Source: Candidatus Bathyarchaeota archaeon (GTDB lineage Archaea; Thermoproteota; Bathyarchaeia; Bathyarchaeales; Bathycorpusculaceae). Taken from it: 64,000 bases of DNA. The notes under the pieces were generated by a model, which was not told where the DNA came from, searched no databases, and saw only the letters and a list, made by a program, of their open reading frames with translations. The position numbers and the translations under genes are program-made. Below are positions 10,667-22,337 of this stretch, in pieces (position 1 is the first letter of the stretch; every line of letters starts with the position of its first letter). The stretch is from the NCBI GenBank assembly GCA_963768425.1, contig CAVYHV010000006.1, positions 256,129 to 320,128 of the forward strand, read 5' to 3'.

Positions 10667-10706
10667 GTTAAGTCCCCAATGGTATTGAGGGTTTAAAACT
10701 TAAACG

Positions 10707-10889
10707 TTATTTCTCTTTTATGTCGCCCTTTTCAATCAGCTTCTTGTAGTAAACTCGGCATGTTTCCATAGAAAGTCCCTGGCGCTGGCAGAACACTGAA
10801 AGGACCTCCTCAGTAGACTCCCTAGGCTTTTTCTCCTTAACCATTTCCCTCAATAAGTCTAAGTTATGCTTATCTTGTGTATCACTCAT
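10707..10889 (-). CDS. Small hypothetical protein
   Basis: 60-aa ATG ORF co-oriented with dph5, charged helical composition. Confidence 0.55.
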   Translation of the reverse strand: MSDTQDKHNLDLLREMVKEKKPRESTEEVLSVFCQRQGLSMETCRVYYKKLIEKGDIKEK

Positions 10890-11098
10890 AAACTAAAACC
10901 TACTAATTATTCTTCTTCTTCGACCCAAAAAAGCTTTTGTGTGCTACCGGAAGACAGGTAAGAAGGCATTTGTCTGTTTTGCCTTCAAAGTATCACAGCT
11001 TTGAACGGTCAGTGCAGACTTAACCAAACGTTTATATGATTTACGTTAAAGAGAAACCTACGCATTTCAGCCTTGATTGACTGAAGGATTGAAACCGA

Positions 11099-12235
11099 AT
11101 GAAGCCTGTTGAAAACTTGGCCAGAGACAGCATAAAAAACTTTAAGCCATGCGTCCACGGCGGCGAGGTTTTGGATGCGGCAGGCAAAAGTGGGCTGAGA
11201 CGCGAGGAAATTTTGGATTTCAGTTCAAGCGTGAACCCTCTGGGTCCATCCAAGAAAGCGCTTGAAGCAGCAAAAAAAGCGTTCGCAGAAATTCCAGCTT
11301 ACCCTGACTCAAATTCTAACGAGCTTAGGCAAGCCATCGCGGGCCACTTTAGCGAAATCAACAAAAACAACGTCGTCGTCGGAAACGGTTCTACAGAACT
11401 CATGTACCTGTTCGCTGAGGCTTTCCTGAGAAAAGACGAAATAGCACTAATTCCAGCGCCAACCTTCGGCGAATACGAAAGCGCCGTAAGAAAAACAGGG
11501 GAAACAGCCAAATTCGTCAAGCTTGACCGGAACTTCAACATTAATCCGGAAACTTTAAATCGTGAAATGGCTGACGCCAAGATTGTTTTCTTATGCAACC
11601 CGAATAACCCAACCAGCATGCTCATCCCAAACCAAACTCTAACAGCCATAGTTGATCGAGCAATGGAGCAGGATACTCTTGTTTTTCTCGACGAAGACTT
11701 TTTGGAGTTTGTGGAAAACGAAAAGACGTTGACCTTGATTGGCAAAATCAAATGTTACCCCAACCTGTTCATCTTGAGGTCGTTCACCAAGATTTTCGGG
11801 TTAACTGGCTTGCGCGTTGGCTACGGAATCGCTAGCGAAGAAATCATCAATGTGCTTTCATGTGCAAAGATTCCTTGGAATGTCAACTGTTTAGCTCAGG
11901 CTGCCGCAGTCGAGGCGTTGAAAGACGAGGAGCACTTAAGGGTGACTCGGGAGCTTATCAAAAAAGAGAAAGGGCAGCTTTTGGCTGAGTTGGAAAAATT
12001 TGGTTCGTTCAAGGTTTACCCGGCTGACGCGAACTTTTTCTTTATCAACATCCGCAAGACGGGTTTAACTGCAACTGAGCTTGCTGGCAAGTTGCTTGCG
12101 CAGGGTATTTTGATTCGGGACTGCACTTCATTCCGTGGACTTGACCAATATTACGTCCGGGTAGCGGTGAAAACCCACCATGAGAATAAATGTTTGATTG
12201 ATGCTTTAACGCGGACAGTGAAGAACCAGCAATGA
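11099..12235 (+). CDS. cobD: Threonine-phosphate decarboxylase (HisC-like PLP enzyme) for cobalamin nucleotide-loop assembly
   Basis: HGG, DFSSSVNPLG, CNPNNPT, RSFTKIFGLTGLRVGY, IRDC; directly upstream of cbiB. Confidence 0.8.
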   Translation: MKPVENLARDSIKNFKPCVHGGEVLDAAGKSGLRREEILDFSSSVNPLGPSKKALEAAKKAFAEIPAYPDSNSNELRQAIAGHFSEINKNNVVVGNGSTELMYLFAEAFLRKDEIALIPAPTFGEYESAVRKTGETAKFVKLDRNFNINPETLNREMADAKIVFLCNPNNPTSMLIPNQTLTAIVDRAMEQDTLVFLDEDFLEFVENEKTLTLIGKIKCYPNLFILRSFTKIFGLTGLRVGYGIASEEIINVLSCAKIPWNVNCLAQAAAVEALKDEEHLRVTRELIKKEKGQLLAELEKFGSFKVYPADANFFFINIRKTGLTATELAGKLLAQGILIRDCTSFRGLDQYYVRVAVKTHHENKCLIDALTRTVKNQQ

Positions 12236-12248
12236 ACGGGTTTGATGA

Positions 12249-13235
12249 ATGCTAAGCATGTTTTCTTTTAACATCTTACTTTTTGTGGATTCCGCGCTGA
12301 TTTTCATCTTAGCCTTTCTGATTGACATTGTGTTTGGGGAGTACCCTGACAAGATTCACCCAACAATAGGCATAGGCAAAATTATTTCTTATCTAAAACC
12401 CAAACTGAAGAGCACCAACCCCAAAGTCGAGAAAGCAAACGGTGTCCTGCTAGCTCTGTTTGTCATGTTTATTGTTGTGCTGCCAGTTTTTCTGCTGCTT
12501 TTCTGGGTCAGGCAATCCTTCGGTTTCTTCGGTCAAATAGCCTACATTATTGTCGGCGCAATTCTGTTCAAAGCTACGTTCGCAGTTAGAGGCATGGGTC
12601 AATACACTAAACCGATCGCAAATGCGCTGAAGAACAAAGATTTGACGGAAGCCCGAAGATGGTTGCCCTACATAGTCAGAAGAGACCCAAATACCCTAAA
12701 CGAGAAACAAGTTACTTCAGCCGCAGTCGAATCCATCGCCGAAAGCACAACCGACGGTATAACCGCGCCGTTCTTCTTCTTCGCCATATTTGGCGTTGCA
12801 GGCGCCTTCGCCTACCGTGTCGTTAACACTTTGGACTCGATGGTTGGATATAAGAACGAAGAAAACAGGAACATCGGTTGGTTCAGCGCAAACCTTGACA
12901 CCATGACCAACTACATTCCAGCCAGGCTAACAGCTTACCTGATGGTTGCTGCCTCCTATCTCCTACGCGAGAACTGGCGGGAATCGTGGCGCATACTGCA
13001 GCGAGACAAGGCCAAAACCGTCAGTGTAAACGCAGGCTGGACTATTTCAGCGATGGCTGGAGCATTAAACACCCAGCTCGAGAAGCCAGGGCATTACGCG
13101 CTTGGTGACGACCATGGCATCAAGCCTGAACACATTGATAGGGCACTTCGAGTTATGACGTTGACAGCCGTCCTCTTTGGTGCAATTGCGGTCATGCCCA
13201 TTTTAGCCTTGAGGATTTATATTACAGGTCTTTAG
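12249..13235 (+). CDS. cbiB: Adenosylcobinamide-phosphate synthase CbiB
   Basis: GEYP..IHP, AVESIAESTTDG, YRVVNTLDSMVGY, NYIPARLT, NAGW. Confidence 0.93.
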   Translation: MLSMFSFNILLFVDSALIFILAFLIDIVFGEYPDKIHPTIGIGKIISYLKPKLKSTNPKVEKANGVLLALFVMFIVVLPVFLLLFWVRQSFGFFGQIAYIIVGAILFKATFAVRGMGQYTKPIANALKNKDLTEARRWLPYIVRRDPNTLNEKQVTSAAVESIAESTTDGITAPFFFFAIFGVAGAFAYRVVNTLDSMVGYKNEENRNIGWFSANLDTMTNYIPARLTAYLMVAASYLLRENWRESWRILQRDKAKTVSVNAGWTISAMAGALNTQLEKPGHYALGDDHGIKPEHIDRALRVMTLTAVLFGAIAVMPILALRIYITGL

Positions 13236-13346
13236 ACAGAAAGAACCGACTGAAGTCTGCAACTGGTTTCTTGAAGGTTCTTAAAGTTATAGTTGCATAG
13301 TTTTTATTTAGCTCGGCAACTGTTTATTGGTATCTGAGAGGGAACT

Positions 13347-14528
13347 TTGGGTTTGAATGGGAAGCCGCTCGTTACCATAATAGGTGCTGGCATGTCCAAG
13401 TTCGGCAAGCGTGATGGTTTACTTGCAAGAGAGATTTTTGCAGAAGCTGCAAAAGAAGCCTTCAACAGCTGCCCCAAACTTGACCCTAAAAGAGATATCA
13501 AAGCCATGTTCATCGGACAAATGGGCGAAGCTTATGAGCATCAGGGTCACATGGGAGCAACTATCGCAGATTGGGCAGGGCTCACAGGAGTTGCAGCCAC
13601 GCGCACTGAGTCTGCTTGTGCTTCTTCAGGTGCTGCGTTACGTTCAGGGATATACGCTGCGATGTCCGGGCTTGCTGATGTGGTTTTAGTCGGCGGGGTC
13701 GAGAAAATGACTCATCGCACCACAGCTGAGGTAACTGAGTACTTGGCTATGGCGTCGGATTACCCGTTTGAACAGTGGCATGGGATCACTTTCCCAGGTT
13801 TATACGCGATGATGGCGACTGCCCACATGCACGAGTACGGAACGACTGAGCAGCATATGGCGACGGTTGCCGTCAAAAACCATTTTCATGGAAGCTTAAA
13901 TCCCAAAGCTCACCTGCAAAAAGAAATCACATTGCAAATCGCCATGAATTCACGCTACATTGCTTGGCCGCTCAAACTTTATGATTGCTCCCTGATTACC
14001 GACGGGGCGAGCTGCATAATCCTTACACGACCCGAATTAGCCAGCAAATACAGTGACCTGCCAGTGCATATCATAGGTAGCGGACAAGCGACCGACACCA
14101 TTGGCTTATACCAACGCCAAAGCCTGACTTCACTGAACGCCACTAAATTAGCTGCGAAGACAGCTTATGAAATGGCTAACGTAAAGCCACGAGATATTAA
14201 TCTAGCTGAAGTTCACGATTGTTTCACGTTTGCGGAACTCATGGCGTACGAAGACCTCGATTTCTGTCCAGTCGGCGAAAGCGGCAAACTAGTGGAAAGC
14301 GGCGAAACTCGCCTTGGCGGGCGAATTCCAGTTAACACCAGCGGCGGCTTAAAAGCAAAAGGTCACCCCGTAGGTGCCACAGGAACTGCACAGGCATACG
14401 AAGTTTACCTGCAGCTCACAGGTCAAGCTGGAAAACGTCAAGTCAAAGACGCCGAGGTAGGTTTAACACATAATGTCGGCGGTTCAGGCGCAACCGCTGC
14501 CGTTCACATTTACAGGAGAGACCTATAG
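13347..14528 (+). CDS. Thiolase (acetyl-CoA C-acyltransferase, archaeal/SCP2 type)
   Basis: ESACASS, EVHDCF, NTSGGLKAKGHPVGATG, HNVGG. Confidence 0.93.
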   Translation: MGLNGKPLVTIIGAGMSKFGKRDGLLAREIFAEAAKEAFNSCPKLDPKRDIKAMFIGQMGEAYEHQGHMGATIADWAGLTGVAATRTESACASSGAALRSGIYAAMSGLADVVLVGGVEKMTHRTTAEVTEYLAMASDYPFEQWHGITFPGLYAMMATAHMHEYGTTEQHMATVAVKNHFHGSLNPKAHLQKEITLQIAMNSRYIAWPLKLYDCSLITDGASCIILTRPELASKYSDLPVHIIGSGQATDTIGLYQRQSLTSLNATKLAAKTAYEMANVKPRDINLAEVHDCFTFAELMAYEDLDFCPVGESGKLVESGETRLGGRIPVNTSGGLKAKGHPVGATGTAQAYEVYLQLTGQAGKRQVKDAEVGLTHNVGGSGATAAVHIYRRDL

Positions 14529-14936
14529 TTGAGCACAATGGAACCCTTTTCAATCGAACAATTTTACAAGTTCCTGCAGCAGGACAAGTTGATGGCTGGA
14601 AAATGCCTCAAGTGCGGAAAAATCCATTTGCCACCTAGGCCTTTATGCGACAACTGTCTCTCACAAGAATTTGAATGGGTCAACATCTCAGGAAAAGGCA
14701 AATTGCTCACATACACAATCATAAACATCGCGCCTGAACAATTTCAGGCGTTAACACCCTATGCGGTAGGCATCATCCAGCTTGAAGACGGTTTGAAGAT
14801 TCCAGGCATGATCAACGGCGTAGCGAAGGAAAAGTTGAAGATAGGTATTGAGTTAACGGTGGATTTTGGCACGTGCAGTACAACGCAGCAATGGCCACAG
14901 TGGCGCCGATACTGCTTTAAACCTTCGACGATTTAA
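14529..14936 (+). CDS. DUF35 Zn-ribbon/OB-fold thiolase partner
   Basis: CLKCG..PPRPLCDNC, GKGKLLTYT, PYAVGIIQLEDG; abuts thiolase. Confidence 0.92.
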   Translation: MSTMEPFSIEQFYKFLQQDKLMAGKCLKCGKIHLPPRPLCDNCLSQEFEWVNISGKGKLLTYTIINIAPEQFQALTPYAVGIIQLEDGLKIPGMINGVAKEKLKIGIELTVDFGTCSTTQQWPQWRRYCFKPSTI

Positions 14937-14950
14937 GTAGCCAAAATTTT

Positions 14951-15478
14951 TTAGAAGTAGCTTTTGCGCCTAACCCAAGCCCACGCAACAGTTACGAAAA
15001 CCGGCAGAAGGGTAAGAATTACTACCACGTAGTTTAAGCGAGGGCTCAAACCGTAAGGAAAAGTAAAGCTCACCAACAGGTCCCTAACGGTGAATTCCCA
15101 CACAGCAATGTACGAAATGACGATTGTTACGACGAGGGCTAAAACTTCAATTTTGCGGGTATTATAGATTTCAAGAATATCTATGTGCGCGCGGTGCGAT
15201 TCCGCTAGAACGCCAATATGGTCGTTTAGCTCTTCAATCGCGTCCCTGACCAAGAAATCCAATCTTGGATTTGCCTCTTTAATTTCTTCGCTGATATAGT
15301 CCCATTCATGGGACAAATCTAAAACAGCCAGTTTTTCTCTTTGAAGTTGCTTGTAATCCTCCCAAAGCTCGCGTTCATTGTTAGTTTCTTTACTTAGGGT
15401 AGGCTCAACTCTCGTCGTTGTTTCTTTTAGTGAATCCAAGAAACTAGCAATCTTATCATTTGTCTCCTTTTGTGCCAC
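14951..15478 (-). CDS. Helical protein with two C-terminal TM segments (resembles CorA C-terminus, no GMN motif)
   Basis: Helical/coiled N-terminal part, 2 hydrophobic segments, RRK tail. Confidence 0.6.
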   Translation of the reverse strand: MAQKETNDKIASFLDSLKETTTRVEPTLSKETNNERELWEDYKQLQREKLAVLDLSHEWDYISEEIKEANPRLDFLVRDAIEELNDHIGVLAESHRAHIDILEIYNTRKIEVLALVVTIVISYIAVWEFTVRDLLVSFTFPYGLSPRLNYVVVILTLLPVFVTVAWAWVRRKSYF

Positions 15479-15726
15479 CTTGTAGTTTATCTACTTCAGC
15501 TTTGATTTTCTCAAAGTCAAAGTGAACGCTATACTCACTTTGTGCCATTTCGACTCAACTTAACCGGAATTTGCTGCCCTAACCTACGTGTCAGCACATG
15601 ACTGAAACTGAATCGTAAATAAAAATCATACTGAGCAAACTGCATGCAGGAGCCGCCAATTTTTGGTTGTAGTTCTATGGCAGTTCTGATGCTTGCGCCT
15701 GTGATCTTTTTTGAGACGTTAATTTT

Positions 15727-15740
15727 GAAAGGTTTAAATA
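15727..15740 (+). promoter_or_regulatory. BRE-TATA promoter of cyclophilin gene
   Basis: gaaaggtttaaata, 23 nt upstream of ATG 15764. Confidence 0.6.
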
Positions 15741-15763
15741 AAAAATGCGTAATAATTTTGGGC

Positions 15764-16513
15764 ATGAGCTCAAAACGAAACACCAAAGTTAAGACTTACA
15801 ATCCAAAAACGCAAGGCAAAAACCGAAAGCTGATTGCAGTTGTAGTAATGGCAGTTATCGTTATTGCATTTGTCGGTTACGTGGTGATTACTCACCTTGG
15901 TCCAAATGAACAACTGTCCAGCCAGAAGAATACTCCTTCGCCCACTCCGACCGCTTCTACTTCTCCAACTTCTTCAAGCAATCCGTTCCCATCCGTAACT
16001 CCCCTCACTTCACCAGCGGGCGAGTACAGCGCCAGTGGGACCAAAGTACTTTTCCTAACATCAAAGGGCAACATAGTTATCCAAATGAGAGATGACAAAC
16101 CCATCACAGCCGCCAACTTCGTTAAACTGGTCAACGAAGGATACTACAACAACACGATTTTTCAAAGGGTCATCGCTGGCTTCATGATTCAGGGCGGAGA
16201 AGGCAAAACCACAGTTCCAACTATAAAAGACGAGATAGGCAATGGCAATGTAAATAGCAACATGACGATAGCAATGGCAAATACGGGTCAGGCAAACTCG
16301 GCAAGCAGCCAATTCTTCATCAACGTAGCCAACAACAATAATCTTTACTCAAGCTTCGACACTTCATATACTGTCTTCGGTCAAGTTATATATGGTCAAA
16401 ACACCGTCATGGCAATCTCACAAGTACCCGTGCAAGCAAGTGCGGCATATAATGGCGAGGTTTCCCAACCGGTAACAACAGTATATTTGATCGGCGCAGT
16501 AGTCATGCCTTAG
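15764..16513 (+). CDS. Membrane-anchored cyclophilin-type peptidyl-prolyl isomerase
   Basis: N-terminal TM, Ser/Pro/Thr linker, then PITAANF, FQRVIAGFMIQGG, AMANTG, SQFFIN, YTVFGQV; start moved to ATG 15764. Confidence 0.9.
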   Translation: MSSKRNTKVKTYNPKTQGKNRKLIAVVVMAVIVIAFVGYVVITHLGPNEQLSSQKNTPSPTPTASTSPTSSSNPFPSVTPLTSPAGEYSASGTKVLFLTSKGNIVIQMRDDKPITAANFVKLVNEGYYNNTIFQRVIAGFMIQGGEGKTTVPTIKDEIGNGNVNSNMTIAMANTGQANSASSQFFINVANNNNLYSSFDTSYTVFGQVIYGQNTVMAISQVPVQASAAYNGEVSQPVTTVYLIGAVVMP

Positions 16514-16653
16514 CTTCCCATTATTATCCTTCTTTGGTTTGTTCCCTTTTTGCGTGCTTTGTCATTTTTGCGCTTAAATATATGAGCGTGTTAACTTTAA
16601 AAAGCAAAGAACGCAAATGCAGGTTTAACGGCGAAAGGGTCGGAGTTGATTAA

Positions 16654-17873
16654 ATGAAGTTTATACTAGTTGTTGGCGACGGAATGGCTGATTACCCAGT
16701 TCCGGAGCTTGGAGGCAAGACGCCTCTTCAAGCCGCCTATAAACCCAACATGGATTCGATTGCGTCAGAAGGTCAAAGCGGGCTGCTAAAAACTGTTCCA
16801 GATGAATGCATCCCAGGCTCAGACACCGCAATATGTTCTCTTATGGGCTACGACCCGAGAATTTACTGCACAGGCAGAGGACCTCTTGAAGCCCCTACCC
16901 GAGGCATAAAGCTCATGGGAAACGATGCGGCTTATCGGTGTAATCTGATAACTGAGGCAAACGGCGCCATTCTTGATTACTCAGCCGGGCACATAACAAC
17001 TGAAGAAGCTTCCCAGCTGATAGACGCCGTAGGAGAAGCTTTTGGCAAGCAAGGTAAAATCGAGTTCTATTCAGGGATGAGCTATAGGCACTTTTTGATA
17101 ATTCGCAACTATCCGCATCCAGAGCTTGTAGTTTGCATTCCACCGCATGACGCCATCGGAATGAAGGTTTCCGCAGTTATGCCGAAAGCCAAAGTGGCTG
17201 AAGCCGAAAAAGATGCTCTGGTATTAAGAAACTTGATTGAGGGCTCAAGAGATATCCTGCGGATTCATCCTGTTAATGTCGCCCGTGAGAAAGCTGGCAA
17301 AGGCCTGGAAACCTGATTTGGCCATGGGGCGGCGGCAAAACACCATCTATGCCGACTTTGAAGGAAAAATTCGGCTTAAAAGGGGCGGTCATATCCGCCG
17401 TTGACTTAGTTAAAGGCATTGGTATCTACGCTGGCATGGAAATCATCAAGGTTCCCGGCGCAACAGGTTTATACGACACCAACTACGAGGGCAAGGCCGA
17501 CGCGGCATTGAAAGCTCTACGGACCGTGGATTTGGTTTTTGTCCACGTTGAAGCGCCAGACGAGGCAGGACACGCTAAAGACTACGCGTTAAAAGTCAAG
17601 ACAATTGAGGATTTAGACAAGAGGCTGCTAGGAAGAATTCTTGAAGGGATAGATGAACCCTATGCGATTTCCATATCGCCCGACCACCCAACGCCAATCG
17701 GCACCGGTACCCATTCAAGAGACCCCGTGCCATTCGCCATTAAATCGCCTAATTTGAAGCCTGATGGTGTCAAAAATTTCGATGAGTCTTCAGCAAAAAA
17801 CGGTGCCTTCGGCATAGTCAAAAATGGCTATCTTATTTCACTTCTTATTGATTCAACTGCCAAAGGCAAGTAA
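16654..17873 (+). CDS. apgM: Cofactor-independent phosphoglycerate mutase (archaeal ApgM); frameshifted near 17300
   Basis: GDGMAD, PGSD, GRGPLEA; after a 1-nt restoration KRPGNLIWPWG; HVEAPDEAGH, PDHPTP. Confidence 0.9.
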
Positions 17874-17901
17874 AATTCAAAAAAGCCATTAGCCATTGAT
17901 T

Positions 17902-18792
17902 TTATGTTAGGGATATGAGAACGAGCCCGACGAGTATGGCGATTATTCCAAATTTCTGGTTGCGCACAATTCTCTCCTTCAAAAAAACGTAAGCAAGCGC
18001 TATGGTTATTGCGGGAGCAGTTGCGACTATCGCCGAAACGACCGAAACATACTGGGTGTTCAAGCTGAAGTTAAAAGCTAAGTAGGCGGAAAAATCCAGT
18101 AGCCCCGCCACTGCGAGAAAAAGGAAAATCATTTTGGCTGGAAACGAGACCTTGGTTTTGGTAACGCATGTCCACGAGAAAAGGGCGGTCACTGCGAGTA
18201 TTTTAAGCAGAAAAAGCGCCATAATGGGTCCGACTGCTGAAGTGATAGGCTTAAGCAACGCGTAGCTGATTCCCCATGCAATCATTGCTACTGCGGCATC
18301 TGGAGCGCCCGCTGACCAACCGCCAATTTTGATACTTTTTTTGAGTTCAGCAAAGTTTGTCGAAGCAAAAAACACTCCGATGAAAACCGCGATGACGCCT
18401 ACGATTTGCAGAGGGGTTAGTGCTTCCGAGAAAAGAATTGCTGCGAGCAGGACCGTTATGACCGACCAGCTGGCAGTAATCGGAGCGACGACGGAGACGT
18501 TGCCTTTTCCGAAGCCTTTATAGAAGAATATATAGCCGATGACTCCTGTCGCGCCCGCTAAAAAGATTTCTCCAGCCAGCAAGGGCGAAAAATTAGGGAT
18601 TTTGAAGAAGAATGCTGCGATGAACAAGGTCGGAAGAAACGCGACAGCTTGGTTTATAATTATGCTGGTTCTGTAGCCTATTTGGTCGATGGCTTTCTTA
18701 GCTAAGAAGTCCGCTACTCCCCAACTGACCATAGCAACAATAGCAAGAGCTATTCCCCAGTCTAAAGCCATGCGCTCCCCTCTCCAAGCCAT
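17902..18792 (-). CDS. EamA/DMT-family transporter
   Basis: About 10 TM in two repeats; VSVVAPI, LKERI. Confidence 0.88.
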   Translation of the reverse strand: MAWRGERMALDWGIALAIVAMVSWGVADFLAKKAIDQIGYRTSIIINQAVAFLPTLFIAAFFFKIPNFSPLLAGEIFLAGATGVIGYIFFYKGFGKGNVSVVAPITASWSVITVLLAAILFSEALTPLQIVGVIAVFIGVFFASTNFAELKKSIKIGGWSAGAPDAAVAMIAWGISYALLKPITSAVGPIMALFLLKILAVTALFSWTCVTKTKVSFPAKMIFLFLAVAGLLDFSAYLAFNFSLNTQYVSVVSAIVATAPAITIALAYVFLKERIVRNQKFGIIAILVGLVLISLT

Positions 18793-19273
18793 TAGAATAG
18801 CATTTGCTTACCCAGAATTTAAATCTAAAACTTTCCCAGAAACCCGCAAATGGCATACAAAGGATTTGACTGAAAAAGAGCCAAGCTTATCTTTGCAGAT
18901 TAACTGATCATCCGTTTGAATCATAATTTAAGATTTTTCAATCCTTGCTGTTTTCAGAAGTATCGCAAAAAACATAGGCAAACTTTTCCTGTAATCTGAG
19001 TATTTTTATCCCAAACACGCACTAAATCCTTCTCTTCAATTTTTACTAGATTCACCGTGACGGAAGAATATGCGTTGATACTACGATTTCTTAATACCTC
19101 AGGACCGACAGGGAAACCGGATAGTTTAGGGTTAGTGATAATTGCGGAATAGCACTGGTGTCTAACATAAACATAGGGACCGAGGTGACAAGCTTGGGGA
19201 AGTCCAAAAGGACAAATACACAAAATGACCATGAAACATTTGGTTTTTTCAGGCAGAAGCCTCAGTTTTCAGA

Positions 19274-19287
19274 GTAAAAGGTTAAAA
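19274..19287 (+). promoter_or_regulatory. BRE-TATA promoter of lhr
   Basis: gtaaaaggttaaaa about 30 nt upstream of ATG 19318. Confidence 0.55.
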
Positions 19288-19317
19288 CACGCTCCAATCA
19301 GTATCCTTTAGTGAAAA

Positions 19318-22202
19318 ATGCAGAATCAATCGTTCGTTTTCAATTTACTTGCCCCTCTTGTTCAGAAGGCGTTAGCTGAGCTCGGGTTTTCAGAGCCTAC
19401 ATTACCGCAGACTCTGGCGTTTCCTAAATTGTTAGACGGCAAAAACGTTCTTTTAGTCGCTCCGACAGGCAGCGGAAAAACCGAGGCGGTTCTTCTACCA
19501 GTTTTCTCCAAGTTGATTGAAGATCAGAGCCAATGCAAGAAGGGCGTAAGGGTGCTATACATTACGCCTCTTCGCGCATTGAATCGAGACATGCTAAAAC
19601 GGATGACCCTTTGGGCGGAGAAGCTCAACTTAACAGTTGAACTCCGTCATGGAGATACAGAACAGAAAACCCGCCGAATGCAGGCTAAAAAACCGCCAAC
19701 CATGCTTGTTACAACGCCTGAAACCTTGCAGGCCGTTCTTCCAGGAACCCAAATGCGCCAGCACCTCCGAAACGTCGAGTTCGTCATCGTGGATGAGGTG
19801 CACGATTTGGCTTCAAGCAAACGTGGAGCCCAACTTTCTTTGGCATTAGAGCGACTGCAGTTGGTTACGGGCAAGGAGTTCCAAAGAATCGGTTTATCAG
19901 CAACCGTCGGGAATCCACAGGAAATCGCCAAGTTCATCGCCGGAACGCGACGAAAAATAAGCATCATCCAAGCATCACCTGAGAAAAGCTACCGCTACAA
20001 CGTTGAAAACCCCTCACCGATAGAAGTTGATTTTGAGATGGCGGGAAAACTGGAGACCTCGCCGGAAGCAGCGGCAAGAATTAGGCGAATTTTAGAGCTC
20101 GTGGATTCACATAATTCAACGCTTATTTTCGTTAACAGCCGTACGGTCGCAGAGGTTTTGGGACATAAACTTCAACAGCTAAACCGGGATGACGTAGCGG
20201 TTCATCATGGATCAATCAGTAAAGAGGAAAGAATCGGCGTTGAGGCCGCGTTTAAGAATGGGCAGTTGAAAGCCATTATTTGCACGAGCACTTTGGAGTT
20301 GGGTATCGACATTGGCAACGTTGATTTGGTTGTTCAGTACATGTCGCCACGGCAGGTAAACAGTCTCATACAACGGGTCGGCAGAAGCGGGCACAGTTTC
20401 GCCGAGCTTCCCAAGGCACAATAATCACGGTTTATCCAGATGACACCCTTGAGGCATTAGCATCAATAAAAAACGCCAAGAGCAACATGATTGAACCCGT
20501 ACTGATACATGAGAACGCGTTGGATGTCCTCTCGCATCAAATCGCTGGGGTGCTAATGGATCTTCAGGAAGTCACTCAGGAAGAGCTTTCACGTTTGCTG
20601 AAAGCATCCTATCTTTACCGAAACCTCCAGAAAAACGAGTTGCTGGATCTGATACACTTTTTAGACAGCCTAAACCATTTAAGATTCGATGAAGTCGACC
20701 AAGTCTTGACCAAAACACGCCGAACCCGCGATTACTACTATAGCAATCTCTCAATGATTCCAGACGAGCGAAGGTACCCTGTCATAAACATCCTTTCCGA
20801 CCGAAAAATCGGCACCTTAGGCGATGAATTCATGGCTCTGCACGCACGCGTAGGCTTAAGCTTTATCATGAAAGGCAAAGTGTGGCGTATAGTCCAGATT
20901 GAAGAGGAAGCTGGAACCGTTCATGTGTTGCCGTCTGAAGACCCTTTCGCGTCTGTTCCTGGTTGGGACGGGGAAATCTTGCCTGTACCTTTCGAGCTCG
21001 CCCAACAAACAGGGCAAAACAGGGAAAGAATCGCTCAGGTACTCAAAGAAACGAGAGACGTAAATGTTGCGGCTGAGGTTTTAGCCAAGGAAATGGGCTC
21101 TGACAGGGACAGCATGCGTAACGTCATTTTGGAAGTTGACGAGCAAATCAAGCAGAATGCACCTTTGCCGACTGAGAAACATGTTGTTTTGGAGGTTTAC
21201 GACAAATACCTAATCATTCACGCCTGCTTCGGCGAGCTGGTTAACAAGACTTTAGGTGGAGTTTTTGACAACGTTCTGTCCGAACGAGAAATCATGGCAG
21301 GGCGGTGGACAGATGGCTACAGAATCTTAATTGAAATGGCTCGAAAACTCAACAAGCAAGAAAGCGCAGAGCTTCCCAAGGCCATGTTCGGGCTCACTGA
21401 CGAAGCAGTTGACTTCGCGTTTGAAAAATATTTGGAAGCTAAGTTCCCCTTCGGCTACAAGATGAAAGCTGTGGCCGAAAGGTTCGGCGTTTTGCCCCGT
21501 GGAAAAACGATGAGTTACAAGCGGCAAAGTGAATTGAGAGCCCAATTTGATAATACTCCAGTTTACCATGAAACAATCAGAGAAGCGATGATGGAAAAAG
21601 TGGATTTGCCGCATGCTAAACAAATAATGCACGATGTTGCAGCTGGAAAAATCAAGCTTTCAGCTTACATTAGCTATGAAAAGCCGTCTCCACTTGCCTA
21701 CCACATCCTATCCAAATACGCTGATGTCTCTGAGTTGATGGCACCTGAAAGTGTCATCATGAACAATATTGACAAACTGAAAATGGCGATTGACGCTCGC
21801 ACGATAACGCTGATGTGCATGAAATGCGCTCAATGGACAGCACAGGAAAAAATCAAAAACTTACCCTTGCAGCCCGAGTGTCCTAAGTGCGGTTCTGGAC
21901 TTTTGGCGCCGCTTTACCGTTCACAGAACCCTAACCATTTATGGGATGCTTTGGCACGAAGAAAGGAAGGCAAAGAATTGACTCCTGAAGCTCTAAAAGA
22001 GCTTAGTCAGGCACGGAGGAAGGCAGATCTAATTTTGAGTTACGGCAAAGATGCTGTACGGGCTTTGCAGGTGAAGGGTGTTGGGGCCGAAACGGCTTCA
22101 CGGATCTTAGGCAAGATGCACTCTCAGGAAGACGGGTTCTACTTGGATTTACTGAAGGCGAAGGTTCAGTACCTAAGGACAAGACAGTACTGGGACAAAT
22201 AG
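19318..22202 (+). CDS. lhr: Lhr-family ATP-dependent helicase with C-terminal Zn finger; frameshifted near 20398
   Basis: APTGSGKT, DEVH, GLSAT, TSTLELGID, QRVGRSGH; the downstream frame from 20403 is open into LDVLSHQI, SMIPD and a C-terminal CMKC/CPKC. Confidence 0.92.
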
Positions 22203-22337
22203 TGGCTTAGGATTTTACGTGTTAAAGCTCAAGACACTTAGTTCCTTCAAAATTGAACGTTGACGGATTTGAAAAATGGGTTTGTACTGCGATAAGAATT
22301 TTAACCTTGCCTAAACCTTATTTTTAGGAAAAGTTCC

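Noticed and set aside
10930-11040. Possible cobalamin riboswitch upstream of cobD-cbiB
   Set aside because: Only a 7-bp hairpin (GAAGGCA/TGCCTTC); no B12-box or other conserved elements recognised
17300-17350. Selenocysteine or stop readthrough, or programmed frameshifting, at the split genes
   Set aside because: The downstream halves are in different frames, so readthrough cannot join them; no slippery heptamer or stimulatory structure seen
18954-19232. 92-aa minus ORF with a faint wHTH-like segment (YSSVTVNLVKIEEKDLVRV)
   Set aside because: Too weak to call; may be a decayed gene or chance
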